Shown one piece after another: positions 62,231 through 64,000 of a DNA stretch of 64,000 bases. Origin of the DNA: Klebsormidium nitens (Eukaryota > Plantae > Klebsormidiophyceae); the NCBI GenBank assembly GCA_000708835.1, contig DF237221.1:51783-115782 (forward strand). The letters are read 5' to 3'. Within the stretch, counting starts at the first letter, position 1, and each line of letters begins with the position of its first letter. The notes under the pieces were generated by a model. That model had not been told where the DNA came from and did no database searches. It worked only from the letters and a program-made list of their open reading frames with translations. Position numbers and translations under genes: made by a program.

Positions 62231-63793
62231 GCCGCAAACCCTTCAGTGTGCGTTACTTGCAGCTCTTTCTGTGAGGATAACAAGACTTGTGCTTGAAATG
62301 ACGCTTGTAGCGAGTCTTCCCCCCCACAGCAGCTGGAGTAGCTCGTCTGTACAACACTGAGGCAGCTTCAATGAGAGCAATGCATCTGAGGTACCTACTA
62401 AAGAAAGTGGTTCCAAGGATGTTAGTACGACCAGCTAACAGATGGCAGTCTGTGTGCCCATAGTAAGAACACAGCGCAGAAGGGGGGAGGGGGGGGCAGT
62501 CAAAACTGTGAAGAGTGGTTTGAAGTTTCAGTCCAAGGCCCTTCCAATCTGTCCAAAGTCTTTCCATCATAACAAGTATCTCGGAAACAGAAGTCTAGCA
62601 GTTGTGTCCTGCCCACTCAAAAGTTGCTGCCAGGAAGTCTGAGCTGATTGACCTGCTGATTTGAAAGAGTTAGAAGCAATACTCAAATGAAATAAAGTCT
62701 TGGACAAGTACATTAGAGGTAACAGCCCCAATCAGAAATGCAGTGGACATGCAATAAGCTCATTGCAATAGCGCAATGCCAAAGAATAGAGTTGCCCCAT
62801 AGCGCGCGCTGCATTGCCAAAGAAGGATGTCAGAAGGTGTAGCTTGAGGTGCATTTGATATAATCTGATGCTTTCATCCTCTTATCAATGCATTCAAGGC
62901 AACACTCCTCAGAGAAAAAGAAACAAAGATTACTTGGATCAATCGACGCACCTTCAAATGCGCCCTTCAGCGCCAGGCCCACACTTCCGCTTCAACACCA
63001 CCTTACTGGAGCTCCCATAGATCACTTTCAGCAACCTGTTTGTAGCAGGATCTCCAGAGATCAGGCACCATTCTAACAAATTGCACGAAAGAAAATGCAA
63101 GTTGCTTCTTGTCGAAATGTTCATCAGAGTCAGAGTTCCCGTCCTTCGGCAGAAATGCGCGAACTGCTTGAAAAGTTGAAAACAATCACTTGACGGGAGC
63201 TCTGACTCTGACTCTCGAGTCTAGCTGAGTCTGTCACTGTCAGACTCAGACTGTCTGAGTCACAGTGCATCATGCATGCTGCATGCACAATCGTCTCGGT
63301 GCTTTTGGAATTCAAACGTCGAGTTTCCAGCGACCATGCGTCAGCGTTGAGAATCAGCTTATAGAACGTATTTGAAAACGTATTACGTGCTTAATCTTAC
63401 GTCAATACGTGCTTAATCTGGCGTCATCAATTTTGTGGTCGCCGCAAAATATTATAATATTGTTTTATTATTTCTAGTTTCTTCTATAATCTATATAATG
63501 ATTATTTATTATTTATAATATTTTCAATTAAACTTTTACAAAATGAAACCTGGCGGGCGCGCGCGCGCGCATTAATAAGAAGGCCCCCTAAATGCCCGGC
63601 CCACATTGTCCCGTTCAACGGGGCTACTAACTCTACTAACCGTCGAAATGACTTAATGCATGCCAACAGCATTTTGTTTAACGCCTGAACGACTAGTTGA
63701 TTAGCATAGACAGACAGCCGAGGTCCCGGCCAAGGTACCGAGTTCCCGGCCCCCCCTACATTGTCCCGTTCAGCTGGGTAACCGCTGAAATGC

Positions 63794-64000
63794 ATGCAAG
63801 AGCAAAATGTCTTCCATTTGGCCGATGAGTCGATTTATATACTAGAACAAAATTATGGAAAGTGGTTCTTGCAGACAAAATCCGGAGTCAAGGCGCTTGT
63901 GCCGCTCGACGGGACCATCAGAAAAAGACGACATTTCTATGAAAGCAAATTTATTGTCATGTACATGATCCCTGTAACGGCACGACTGCGCACCGACTCC
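63794..64000 (+). CDS. Unidentified ORF running off the window end (69 codons visible)
   Basis: ATG at 63794 with an open frame MQEQNVFHLADESIYILEQNYGKWFLQTK... to the edge, preceded by an AT-rich tract. No recognised motif. Confidence 0.25.
   Translation, partial: MQEQNVFHLADESIYILEQNYGKWFLQTKSGVKALVPLDGTIRKRRHFYESKFIVMYMIPVTARLRTDS

Overview
Intron-rich eukaryotic nuclear DNA of moderate GC with GT-AG introns and plant-type genes. It is most consistent with a streptophyte alga such as Klebsormidium (inference, not verified). I reconstructed ten spliced genes by hand. In order: the 3' part of a DUF1997 gene (+); a G-patch/DUF4187 GPATCH11-like gene (-); an NTF2/SnoaL-fold gene (+) with a palindromic MITE-like element in an intron; a kinesin-1-like motor (+); a glutaredoxin-DEP-DUF547 gene (-); a convergent pair of paralogous PARP-fold genes (+/-); a plastid-type double-LysM gene (-); a TPR-MYND gene (+); and a ~14 kb Argonaute gene (-). 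Four points stand out. (1) The two PARP-fold paralogs carry RCD1/SRO-like motifs but keep a full H-Y-E catalytic triad, which land-plant SROs have lost, and they lack the RST tail. (2) One intron is displaced by exactly 27 nt between these paralogs. (3) The LysM protein looks plastid-targeted and is a candidate binder of chloroplast peptidoglycan. (4) The Argonaute has a DEDD tetrad and an unusual MID loop. Several introns also hold decayed in-phase 'ghost' copies of neighbouring exon ends. All gene models are manual and lack transcript support.
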